From contig JAPPJY010000058.1 of NCBI GenBank assembly GCA_028874335.1, positions 59,309-123,308 on the forward strand: a stretch of DNA of 64,000 nucleotides, written 5' to 3'. This stretch comes from Gemmatimonadota bacterium (GTDB taxonomy: Bacteria; Latescibacterota; UBA2968; GCA-2709665). Below are positions 25,579-34,299 of this stretch, one piece after another (position 1 is the first letter of the stretch; every line of letters starts with the position of its first letter). A program made the translations under genes and the position numbers. Under the pieces are notes generated by a model. It had not been told where the DNA came from, searched no databases, and saw nothing but the letters and a program-made list of their open reading frames with translations.

Positions 25579-25598
25579 GGGCGACCGGCCGGTCGCCC
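25579..25598. repeat. REP palindrome copy 7, 14 nt upstream of the hsdM ATG
   Basis: gggcgaccggccggtcgccc. The minus strand reads ...gggcgaccggccggtcgccc-tccagggaatcccg-ATG. Confidence 0.9.
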
Positions 25599-25667
25599 CT
25601 ACAAGAGAGAAAGGCGAATCACCCGTGAGGGCGTCGCCTCGGTCGAAGAATTCACCCACCCCTGGCT

Positions 25668-26837
25668 TCACCCCCGGTTCCCTCCTCCCCATGCGGACGA
25701 GAATTGATCGCCGTCCTGGAACCGGCTGGGACGGAACGGATGCAGATCGAACGCGGGCGTCCGGCCGAGGATGACGTCGGTCAACGAATCGGCGATCGGC
25801 GGGCCCAGCTTGAACCCGTGCCCACTCCCGCCGAAGAAGGCATAGTAGCCCTCCAGCCCCGGCTCGGGTCCGACCAGAGGGTGCCAGTCGTCCGTGATGG
25901 TATAGACCGATGCCCAGCCCTTCACGTATTCCCCCTGCCTGAACGCGGGCACCCGTTCGAAGGTCCCGGACTCGATGCGCCGCCGCGTGGGCCCGTCCAG
26001 GTCCGGATCGTACGCGTCCACGTCCATCGGCTCCACCTCTTTGGGAAAACTCAGGCCGGCAAGCAGCCCGTTTTCGCCGTCGGGTCGAAAATAGACCCGG
26101 AGATTGGGATCGGAGACCACGGGAAACCGTCCGAATCCCTCCGGCAATCGCAATACCAGATCGCTCTCCCGGCTCCATCGCAGCGAATAGTTGAAGCCCG
26201 CGGACAAGCCCATATGTCGACCCCAGGGACCTGCCGCGTTGATCACCAGGTCCGTCCGGATTTCGCCGGCATCCGTCTCCACCCCCGTCACGCGATCTCC
26301 GGTCAGCCGAATTCGCGTTGCCCCCACCCCCTCGTAGCACGTCAGCCCCCAGTCCGAGGCTCGCGTCACCAGATTCCTGACCGTCCTGACCGGGTCCGCG
26401 TACCCGGACGCGGGTTCGTAGATGCCTGAGATAATCCCGTCCGTGTTTACACCCGGTACGAGTTCCCCGATCTCATCGGTTTCCACTTCCACGGCCCGGG
26501 TGTGATTCCGCTGCTCGGCCTCCAGCACCGCCAGGCCCGCGGCGGCGGTATGCTCACCCAGAAGACAGATATAACCCGTATTGCGAAAGCCGCAGTCACC
26601 CCCCAGCGCCTCCTGTCCGTTCGAGAACATCTCCAGCGCCTTCATGGACAACCGGATGGTCATATCGTTCGAGTAGAAGGTGCGGATCACGGCGGCCGAA
26701 TGGCCCGTGCTCACGGCGGCCAGCGATCGTTTTTCCAGGAGCACGACATCACCCAGACCCTTTTTTGCGAGAAAATGGGCCACGCTGGCACCCATGATTC
26801 CCCCGCCGATCACGACGGCGTCTGCCACCCTTACCAT
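25668..26837 (-). CDS. FAD-dependent oxidoreductase (DAO/sarcosine-oxidase-beta-like)
   Basis: 389 aa. Dinucleotide fold ADAVVIGGGIMGASVAHFLAKKG. Confidence 0.8.
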   Translation of the reverse strand: MVRVADAVVIGGGIMGASVAHFLAKKGLGDVVLLEKRSLAAVSTGHSAAVIRTFYSNDMTIRLSMKALEMFSNGQEALGGDCGFRNTGYICLLGEHTAAAGLAVLEAEQRNHTRAVEVETDEIGELVPGVNTDGIISGIYEPASGYADPVRTVRNLVTRASDWGLTCYEGVGATRIRLTGDRVTGVETDAGEIRTDLVINAAGPWGRHMGLSAGFNYSLRWSRESDLVLRLPEGFGRFPVVSDPNLRVYFRPDGENGLLAGLSFPKEVEPMDVDAYDPDLDGPTRRRIESGTFERVPAFRQGEYVKGWASVYTITDDWHPLVGPEPGLEGYYAFFGGSGHGFKLGPPIADSLTDVILGRTPAFDLHPFRPSRFQDGDQFSSAWGGGNRG

Positions 26838-26905
26838 TTACATCGCTCCTCTGCGAGTTATTGCTCCGGCTCATGCTCCCGGCTGGCGACCCACTGCAAC
26901 GAGGG

Positions 26906-27307
26906 TCAGACCTTCACGAAGACCATGGTAACCTGGGACCCGGCAAGCGACGAAGTCAACGTCAGCTCATTCCCGTCGATCGTGGCGTTGGTACCGACAA
27001 GGCCCAGTGTCGCAGCTTCCTGGAAGAGAATGCTCGATCCTTCTATGGCGTACGTTCCGTCGGAGTATCGATCTTCGTGCCCGAGCGACGGGATGCTCAG
27101 GCTCAGGGAAAAGTCGCCCGTAGTCGTCAGCACGAGCGTGCCGATGGCTTCGGGCGGACGGAGCGTCTGCGTCGCCGCGCCGCCCGCCAGTTGTATCTCG
27201 CGTAGCGTATAGGTACCTGCCAGCGTATCGTAATTCAGCGGATTGTCTTCTCCGCAGGACATGAACAGCAGTGCCACGAAAAACGAATACGGTTTGAATC
27301 TCTTCAT
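26906..27307 (-). CDS. Small lipoprotein (lipocalin-like)
   Basis: MKRFKPYSFFVALLFMSCGE carries a lipobox (LFMSC). 133 aa. Confidence 0.6.
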   Translation of the reverse strand: MKRFKPYSFFVALLFMSCGEDNPLNYDTLAGTYTLREIQLAGGAATQTLRPPEAIGTLVLTTTGDFSLSLSIPSLGHEDRYSDGTYAIEGSSILFQEAATLGLVGTNATIDGNELTLTSSLAGSQVTMVFVKV

Positions 27308-27356
27308 CGCGCGCCTCCGGGTCCGGCTGTTTTTTTTTGATTCGAGTCGTACGAGA

Positions 27357-27502
27357 CAGCCCGTTGAAAAATCCCATCCGGGCTACGTCCGGCCCTTGCG
27401 GTCGAAATACTGCGTTGCGCGCCCTCGCCGAATCGAAGGATGGGACTCGGTTGCGCGCCTTGTCTTCGACCTCGCCTGCAGAGCGACTTTCTCAACGGAC
27501 TG
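27357..27502. repeat. Inverted-repeat intergenic element, locus 1
   Basis: Left arm cagcccgttgaaaaatccc (27357-27375). Right arm gcagagcgactttctcaacggactg (27478-27502). Confidence 0.7.
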
Positions 27503-28402
27503 TCAACGAATGATGTCCTCCAGATACGCCTTGGCCGCAAGCAGCCCCTCCTGATTCAGGGCCGTGCTTCCCATAAAGCGGTCGTCTTCCAGCTCGATTG
27601 CAAGCGGGCCGTCATAGCCGAACTCTTCCAGCCGTGCCACAATCCATATCCAATCGGCCTCTCCCCATCCGGGAATGCAGTACCGCCACCAGCCTTCCCC
27701 GTGTCCATACCTCTTTCCGAAGCTCTGTCCGAGGCTGCCGTACAGGTAAAGGCCGTCTGACAGCAGCTCCGTGTCTTTGGCATGCACGTGCCGGACGCGG
27801 TCTCCGAATTCCATCAACAGGCGCTGATAGTCCACACCGATCCGGATGAAATGCGACGGGTCATAGCAGATCCCAAGATGAGGCGAAGGCACGACCTCGA
27901 ATACGGCGCGAAGCGTCTCCGGCGTACATCCCAGATTGCCGTAGCCCGGCCCGCCTCCAGGATAGGGTTCGATGGCCAGATGCACATTCTGCTGTTCCGC
28001 ATAGTCCACCACCCCGGGATAAACGGCTTTGAAGATCTCGAAACTGTCGGACCGGGACTGCATGCCGTCGTCCGGCGCCAGGCAGAGAAACACAACGCCG
28101 GAACCGTGGACACCCGTATCGTGAATGCGCCGCTTCATGGCTGCGACCGCCCTCTTGCGCACCTCGGCGTCCTGACTCAGCAGGCCTCCACCCACACCCC
28201 AGTCGACGGTACCGATCGCCAGCTCCGCCCTGTCGAAGGTCCCGCGAACCCCGGCGTCGACTTCCGGCACATCCACAGACCCGAAACCGCATTCACTCGC
28301 CCACGCCACCACACCCTCGAGACCCAATTCCCTTCCCATTGGCGGTATCCGCATCCCAACGTGCATAACACCCTCCGTAAAATTCGTGATTAAACCGACC
28401 AA
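27503..28402 (-). CDS. Sugar phosphate isomerase/epimerase (xylose-isomerase-like TIM barrel)
   Basis: 299-aa ORF with typical family segments (...HLAIEPYPG...VRHVHAKD...AIELED). The start is uncertain (28402, 28366 or 28354). Confidence 0.7.
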   Translation of the reverse strand: MVGLITNFTEGVMHVGMRIPPMGRELGLEGVVAWASECGFGSVDVPEVDAGVRGTFDRAELAIGTVDWGVGGGLLSQDAEVRKRAVAAMKRRIHDTGVHGSGVVFLCLAPDDGMQSRSDSFEIFKAVYPGVVDYAEQQNVHLAIEPYPGGGPGYGNLGCTPETLRAVFEVVPSPHLGICYDPSHFIRIGVDYQRLLMEFGDRVRHVHAKDTELLSDGLYLYGSLGQSFGKRYGHGEGWWRYCIPGWGEADWIWIVARLEEFGYDGPLAIELEDDRFMGSTALNQEGLLAAKAYLEDIIR

Positions 28403-29295
28403 AGGTCGCTGATCTCGGCAAGAATCGCATCGAGTTCAGCGTGATCGTGCGCATCCAGCGGGCCGGTCGCGGCGGTCCTGACGTGGGCCGACCGGATCAC
28501 CCCGCGGCGGCGGAGCACCTCTTTGTAACCCTGTACGCTGTGCAGCGATTCAAAATTCAACAGCGGCAACAGGCGGTTGAACGCCTCGCGTGCGCCGGAC
28601 GCGTCGCCCGCCTGCCAGGCATTCCATACCGCAGTATGCATGTCGGGGACGTCGCAGGCCGGCATGGTTCCGGCCGCGCCCCGACTCATTTCGTCAATCA
28701 GGAATCGTCCGGCCGCACCCCCGAACACGCCCTCCACCGATTTCCCGCAGGCAGCGATATCCGCGGAAACGGAGTGCGTGACCGGCGGGACTTCCTCCTT
28801 GACGTAAAGCACCCGTTCGATCTCGCGCGCAAGCTGACCCAACAACGCGGATGACAATGGCACGCCGATCGGCAGCGGATAGTTCTGTACGAATATCGGC
28901 AGTTCGGTCGTCCGGGAAATCGCTTCGTAATACGCCCTCACGCCATCGGCCGCAGGCTTGGACACATAGGGTGGCATGGCGATCACGGCGTCGGCGCCGG
29001 CGTCGGCCGCATGTTTCGCCAGCCACACAGCCACCTGGGAACTCACTCCGGACACGCCAGCGACGAAAGGCAGCCGGCCCCGCGCCGTCCTGCCCACGAC
29101 CTCGATCACGCGAAGCCGTTCCGGGTCGGACAACGCGCTGAATTCGCTTGCGTTTGCCGGCGTGACCAGCCCATGCGCGCCCGCCGCGATCGAGAATTCC
29201 ACCACGGACCTCAACCCGTCTTCGTCAAGCGATCCATCGTCCGAAAACGGCGTTGCCAGGATGACGAACACCCCCCGAAAGGGCCGCCCCGCCAT
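28390..29295 (-). CDS. Dihydrodipicolinate synthase/N-acetylneuraminate lyase family enzyme
   Basis: 301 aa. FRGVFVILATPFSDDGSLDEDGLRSVVEFSIAAGAHGLVTPANASEF is a DHDPS-family N-terminus. Confidence 0.75.
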   Translation of the reverse strand: MAGRPFRGVFVILATPFSDDGSLDEDGLRSVVEFSIAAGAHGLVTPANASEFSALSDPERLRVIEVVGRTARGRLPFVAGVSGVSSQVAVWLAKHAADAGADAVIAMPPYVSKPAADGVRAYYEAISRTTELPIFVQNYPLPIGVPLSSALLGQLAREIERVLYVKEEVPPVTHSVSADIAACGKSVEGVFGGAAGRFLIDEMSRGAAGTMPACDVPDMHTAVWNAWQAGDASGAREAFNRLLPLLNFESLHSVQGYKEVLRRRGVIRSAHVRTAATGPLDAHDHAELDAILAEISDLWSV

Positions 29296-29466
29296 TCATC
29301 TGCCTTTCGCTCGATGTTGACGTTCAACCCGACCTGAAACCCCCATTCAATGGTAAGGTTGAGACGGCGGATGTCAAGCGGAAAATCCCCCCGATAATTC
29401 GATTGACTTACACCGGACCCCGTCCTACCATATCCAACAAACGGGCACGAATTACCATTCGCCGGG

Positions 29467-30210
29467 TTGCCGATGCGGGTCGATCCACGGAAACTGCAGG
29501 AACTGCAATGCTTCATGGAAGCGCTCGAACCCGGCGGTCCGCCGAGGGCGGCCTTTTTACGGAGAGCGGCGAAGGGTCTCGACCGGTCCGGTGGCAACCT
29601 GGTTGTGATGGATGCTTCCTTCAACCCGATGACCGTTGCACACGAAGCCATGCTGAAACGGGCGGCAGAAACCTGCGGGGCCGCCGAAGCTCTGCTGTTG
29701 CTGTCTCACGCAAACGTGGACAAGGCCATCTACGGGGCGCCGCTGGCGCAGCGCTTGGCCATGCTCGAACACTACGCCGGACCGTATCCAAACGTTTCCG
29801 TCGCCGGTTGCAGCCACGCCAGATTCGTGGATAAAGCCAGTGCCCTTCGCCCGCTCTATCCGAAATCGACCGGACTGTTCTTCGTCGTCGGCTACGATAC
29901 GCTTTTGAGGCTGTTCGACCGCAGGTACTATACGAACATGCCGAATGAGCTGTCCGCACTCTTTGACGTCGCCCACATCGTGGCCGCCAACCGCGACAAT
30001 ATCGACCCGAATGCCATACGGAGACTGAAGACCGGATCGGAATATGCCGCCTTTGCAGACCGAATCCATTTTATCGCGCTTGAACGCGTTTATTCGCGCA
30101 TTTCCTCCACGGCAGTCAGGACACTTAAGGAAAAAGGCAACTACATCGGCCACCTCGTACCGTCCCGGATTGCGGACGCCATCGCCGCGTTGGACCTGTA
30201 TCGCGCGTGA
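29467..30210 (+). CDS. Cytidylyltransferase-superfamily protein (NadD/NMNAT-like)
   Basis: VVMDASFNPMTVAHEAML resembles the (H/T)xGH nucleotidyltransferase motif. TTG start. The function is uncertain. Confidence 0.5.
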   Translation: MPMRVDPRKLQELQCFMEALEPGGPPRAAFLRRAAKGLDRSGGNLVVMDASFNPMTVAHEAMLKRAAETCGAAEALLLLSHANVDKAIYGAPLAQRLAMLEHYAGPYPNVSVAGCSHARFVDKASALRPLYPKSTGLFFVVGYDTLLRLFDRRYYTNMPNELSALFDVAHIVAANRDNIDPNAIRRLKTGSEYAAFADRIHFIALERVYSRISSTAVRTLKEKGNYIGHLVPSRIADAIAALDLYRA

Positions 30211-30316
30211 CGGCGCAAAGGGCTTTCCTCGGCGGAGACGGACGCCCTTCCCGGACCGGTTATGCCTGTAAACTGTTGACTGATAGAAACCCTCGAAAGT
30301 TCCATTGGAGGCGTGC

Positions 30317-31948
30317 ATGAACGGTGCGGACCTGCTGGTGGCGGAACTTCAGAAGAAAGGCGTCGGCTTCGTCGCAACCCTCTGCGGGCATGGCTTGGAC
30401 GACCTGGACGACGCCTGCGACCGGGCGGGTATACGGCTTGTGGACGTTCGAAACGAACAGGCCGCAGGGTATATCGCGGAAGCCGTCGGACGCCTCAGCC
30501 GTACCGTGGGCGTATGCGCCGTAAGCAGCGGCGTGGCGCACGTAAACGCGCTCACCGGCGTCTGCAACGCCCATTTCGACGGGGCGCCGATGCTGCTCAT
30601 CACCGGAAGCGGACCTTCCGGCACGGCTGGGCTCGGTCACTTCCAGGACCTGGACCAGGTTGCCATCGCGGCGCCCCTGTGCAAATACGCGGAAACCATC
30701 CACCATCCGGAGCGAATACCGCAGATGCTGCACGAGGCCTTCGAAGCCGCGATGTCCGGCAGGCCGGGACCCGTACACCTGACCGTTCCCCAGGACGTCC
30801 TGGACGCCGAAATCCGCGCCGACGCCGTCGTACGGGTTCACGACACCGGCCATCCGGCGCCCACCGTCGCGTTCGGACATCCCGGAGAAATCGACCGTAT
30901 CGCCGATCTGATCTCGCAGTCGGACCGTCCCCTTCTGGTTGCCGGCGGAGGTACACACTATGCGGACGGTAGCGAGGCGCTGGCGGAGTTCACCCGGTCC
31001 CTGGCTGTTCCGGTGGTGGCGCCGATCTGGGACCGGGGCGCCATCCCGCGGCCCTTCGAGACCTTTATGGGCGTTGTCGGCGCGGCAAGCGGCGGTCCCC
31101 GGCTCCTCTCCGATGCAGATCTGGTTCTGCTGGCCGGCGCGGCCTGCGACTACCGGGTCGGCTACCTTCAACCGCCCGCGGTACATCCCGACGCAACGAT
31201 CGTGCGCATCCACGCGGATGCATTCCAACTCAATCAGGGCGCGGGCGCCCACATTCGCGTGGCGGCCGATCCCGGGTCCGCGCTCAGCCAGCTGACCGAG
31301 GCCGCGAAATCACGGAAGATCGCGCCCGGGACGGCCTGGCTCCAGGAAGCCACCAGGCGCCGGGACGCGTTTCGCCGGAGGTGCGTGGCCTCCCGCAAGG
31401 GAAACGGCCTGCACGCGCTCGATATCATCCACGCTGTACAGGCCGTCCTGACCAACGACACCATTGTCATTATCGACGGCGGCAACATCGGGCAGTGGGC
31501 CCACCAGGTCCTCTGCGACCGATATCCCGGCCACTGGCTCACCTGCGGTGCAAGCGGCGTTGTCGGCTACGGCATTCCTGCCGCGATGGCCGCACGCCTC
31601 CTGTATCCGGGCCGGCAGGTCATCCTCATTTCGGGCGACGGCGCGCTCACGTTTACCGTCGCCGAACTCGAGGCCGCCGCCCGCCAGGGACTGCCATTCG
31701 TGGTCCTTCTGGCCGACGACGAAGCGTGGGGCATCACACTTTCCGGACACGAGGCGCGCTATGGCCGCGGGATCACCTCCGAACTGGGTCCGATCGACTA
31801 CGCGGGAATGGCGAAAGCCTTTGGCGCCAGGGGTACTCGCATTGAACGCGCCGGCCAGATCCTGCCGGCGCTGCGGGACGGCCTGGATTCGGAACGGCCC
31901 ACGCTGATTCACGTTCCGGTGGACCGGAGCAGTCCCTCCGACAAATAG
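30317..31948 (+). CDS. Thiamine-pyrophosphate-dependent enzyme (acetolactate synthase large-subunit-like)
   Basis: MNGADLLVAELQKKGVGFVATLCGHGLDDL...RNEQAAGYIAEAVGRL...ISGDGALTF... Confidence 0.8.
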   Translation: MNGADLLVAELQKKGVGFVATLCGHGLDDLDDACDRAGIRLVDVRNEQAAGYIAEAVGRLSRTVGVCAVSSGVAHVNALTGVCNAHFDGAPMLLITGSGPSGTAGLGHFQDLDQVAIAAPLCKYAETIHHPERIPQMLHEAFEAAMSGRPGPVHLTVPQDVLDAEIRADAVVRVHDTGHPAPTVAFGHPGEIDRIADLISQSDRPLLVAGGGTHYADGSEALAEFTRSLAVPVVAPIWDRGAIPRPFETFMGVVGAASGGPRLLSDADLVLLAGAACDYRVGYLQPPAVHPDATIVRIHADAFQLNQGAGAHIRVAADPGSALSQLTEAAKSRKIAPGTAWLQEATRRRDAFRRRCVASRKGNGLHALDIIHAVQAVLTNDTIVIIDGGNIGQWAHQVLCDRYPGHWLTCGASGVVGYGIPAAMAARLLYPGRQVILISGDGALTFTVAELEAAARQGLPFVVLLADDEAWGITLSGHEARYGRGITSELGPIDYAGMAKAFGARGTRIERAGQILPALRDGLDSERPTLIHVPVDRSSPSDK

Positions 31949-31986
31949 CCGCCCCGTCTCTCGTCGGAATATCGGCGGCTTCGTCC

Positions 31987-34143
31987 CTACATGACGCCGT
32001 ACCAGCCGTACTGGTCTTCGGGAACCAGCACGAAGTTGGACCGCGACGCCGGATACCACGTGTCCGGATTCCGCTCCCGGTGATCGTCCACGGCGCGTAC
32101 TTCCACAAAGTACATTCTGTTGACCTCCGGCACCCTCCAGACAATTGACGTGTCCCCGGTCGTTTCGGCCATCACTTCCTCACGACACGCCCGATCCGTG
32201 AAAACCCGCACGTCGTACTCGATCCCGCCGCCGCCCATCTTTATCGACCGCGCCCAGTTCAAACGGACCTCTCGCCCGCCAATCCGCTGCGCCGGCAGAG
32301 AAAGCGGAAACGTCGGCGGATGCGCCTTATCGGCCCCCAGGTAGTACGAGTAATACGGTTCGGACCCCCAGATGCCGAATACGTACCCCAGAATCCAGAA
32401 CCGGTCTTCGCTCTCGAGCAATTCGGGATCGTACGCGAAACACTCCTGCGCGAAGCCATCGGCGAAATAGATATCCGCCTTCAGTTCGGCCACGGACAAC
32501 ACGCGCCCCGCCTTGTGCGGCTGGCTTGCGCCGAAAAACAGCGCGTCCACGATATGGTCGCCGCCGTCGTACGTGGCCTCCGCAACCACGTGATGGGAGA
32601 GACCGACCGTCCGCACCGGAATACCGAGCGTTTCCAGAATCGCCACGGTGACCGTAACGCCCTGCCCGCACCGTGCATCGTGTCCTTCGAGTATGGCGAC
32701 CGGGTCCCGGGTATCGGGTATCTGGACCGGATTGTAGTACAGCGCCCGATTCACGTATCCCGCAACCGCTTTGACCGCCTCCGCGTCCGTCGACACCCCG
32801 GCCGTAATGGTCCGGGCAAGGTTCTCGAGGTACTCCGGCCGATCGGTCCTGGCGGCACGGCGGACCAGTTCGGCCTCCATCCCGGGCGGATAGTCCGTCG
32901 CGGGACCCTCCAAATTCACGATGGGCGGCGTCCACGGCGTATGCGGCAGATAGAGCGACCTTTCCGCGCCGTACGTGCGGCGGTACCGGTTCAGATGCGC
33001 ACCCCGGTCAAACGCCGTGTCATGATTGCAGAAACCCGGTTCCCGGCCGGCTGGTTCGCTTTGCAGTACGATCCAGGAACCGAATGCCTTTCCCAATTTC
33101 CCGGGTTGCGCGTAGGGTATGGTGGTGCCGGTAATGGCGAACCGTTCGCCGTCCGTCCAGTGATAACAAAGCAGCGGGACACCGTCCGGTTGTTCCGGCG
33201 CCGTGAGGTAGTCGAAGGTTCCGGAATCCGGATCGAATACGAGGAAACGATCCAGAAACCGGGGTGGCTCCCCGTCAATCGTCAGAGGCCCGTCAGGGAT
33301 CACGATCCGGCCCGTTTTCGGATCGAGCCGGCTCGGATGCATATAGGTACTCAGACAGATATAGGCACGTCCCCCGAAGCCGAACCCTCCACCCATGAAT
33401 CCGTACACACTACCGTGGTCGGGCGCGGGGATCGGTTCTTCCCAACGGCCGCGGACCGGTTCCAGCGGCAGGATCCGGCCCCTTGACACATCCCACGTGT
33501 AAAGCAGGCCGCGATGCATGAGGTGCCCGGATAACGAGGCTTCCGGATAGGGACCGGGGCGCTCGTCCACGAATCGTTCCTCGCCGGGATCGAACCTGAC
33601 AATTCTGGAGGGATCGGTCAATGGCGACCAGACCATCTCCTCAATACACCATCCGCCCGCCAGTTGCCCTTCGAACGGGCAGTCCACGACACGCGGTTCC
33701 GCCAGCGGACCATCCAGAACCAGAACTCTGGACGCCGATCGCTCGAAGAACAGCACCTTTCCGCAAGGCGTCTTGAGTCCGTACCAGACGATGGGCCGGG
33801 CTGCGGGGATCTGCCGCCTTTCGCATGTCCGACGCTCCGGATCGAAAACCAGGTAGTACGGCAGGTCCCCCAGGGTGAGCAACAGCTTGTCCTCCCAGGC
33901 GATGACCTGGACCGCAGCTCGACCCGCCATATCGGGTACCGGAATCCGGACCGTCTCCGCTGTATGTAAATTATGGCCTGTCAATCGGTTGCGCCCGCAA
34001 CCCTCCCACAGCCAATCCGATCCGTCAACGTCAATTCCGAACGGTCTTTCGGTTTGAATCTCGTCGTGCCTGTACATCCATACCCGATTCTTCATTGGCC
34101 GTCCCTCTTTTGCGGCGTTAACCGCCGGATCTCTTTTTTCCAC
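31987..34143 (-). CDS. Transglutaminase-like domain protein with an N-terminal beta-propeller-like region and a C-terminal FN3-like domain
   Basis: 718 aa. The Cys-His-Asp core candidate is ...HDARCGQGVTVTVAILETLGIPVRTVGLSHHVVAEATYDGGDHIVD. The start is possibly at 34095 (MKNRVWMY). Confidence 0.65.
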   Translation of the reverse strand: MEKRDPAVNAAKEGRPMKNRVWMYRHDEIQTERPFGIDVDGSDWLWEGCGRNRLTGHNLHTAETVRIPVPDMAGRAAVQVIAWEDKLLLTLGDLPYYLVFDPERRTCERRQIPAARPIVWYGLKTPCGKVLFFERSASRVLVLDGPLAEPRVVDCPFEGQLAGGWCIEEMVWSPLTDPSRIVRFDPGEERFVDERPGPYPEASLSGHLMHRGLLYTWDVSRGRILPLEPVRGRWEEPIPAPDHGSVYGFMGGGFGFGGRAYICLSTYMHPSRLDPKTGRIVIPDGPLTIDGEPPRFLDRFLVFDPDSGTFDYLTAPEQPDGVPLLCYHWTDGERFAITGTTIPYAQPGKLGKAFGSWIVLQSEPAGREPGFCNHDTAFDRGAHLNRYRRTYGAERSLYLPHTPWTPPIVNLEGPATDYPPGMEAELVRRAARTDRPEYLENLARTITAGVSTDAEAVKAVAGYVNRALYYNPVQIPDTRDPVAILEGHDARCGQGVTVTVAILETLGIPVRTVGLSHHVVAEATYDGGDHIVDALFFGASQPHKAGRVLSVAELKADIYFADGFAQECFAYDPELLESEDRFWILGYVFGIWGSEPYYSYYLGADKAHPPTFPLSLPAQRIGGREVRLNWARSIKMGGGGIEYDVRVFTDRACREEVMAETTGDTSIVWRVPEVNRMYFVEVRAVDDHRERNPDTWYPASRSNFVLVPEDQYGWYGVM

Positions 34144-34160
34144 GAAATGCTTGCCTGCCC

Positions 34161-34185
34161 GCAGAGCGACTTTATCAACGTACTG
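34161..34185. repeat. Same 25-nt motif, solo copy (locus 2)
   Basis: gcagagcgactttatcaacgtactg. Confidence 0.7.
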
Positions 34186-34299
34186 TTAAACCTGTTGACA
34201 AATCAAAAATACTCACTAACTTATGCCGATATTTGAATCCCCTGACTTTCCGCGCAACGTTGAATCCGAAAGCGGCATCTCACATCGGCGAGGCTCCCC

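Noticed and set aside
24254-25774. 506-aa plus-strand ORF
   Set aside because: It is antisense to hsdM, which has unmistakable motifs. Its Arg/Gly/Val-rich composition is typical of shadow ORFs in GC-rich DNA.
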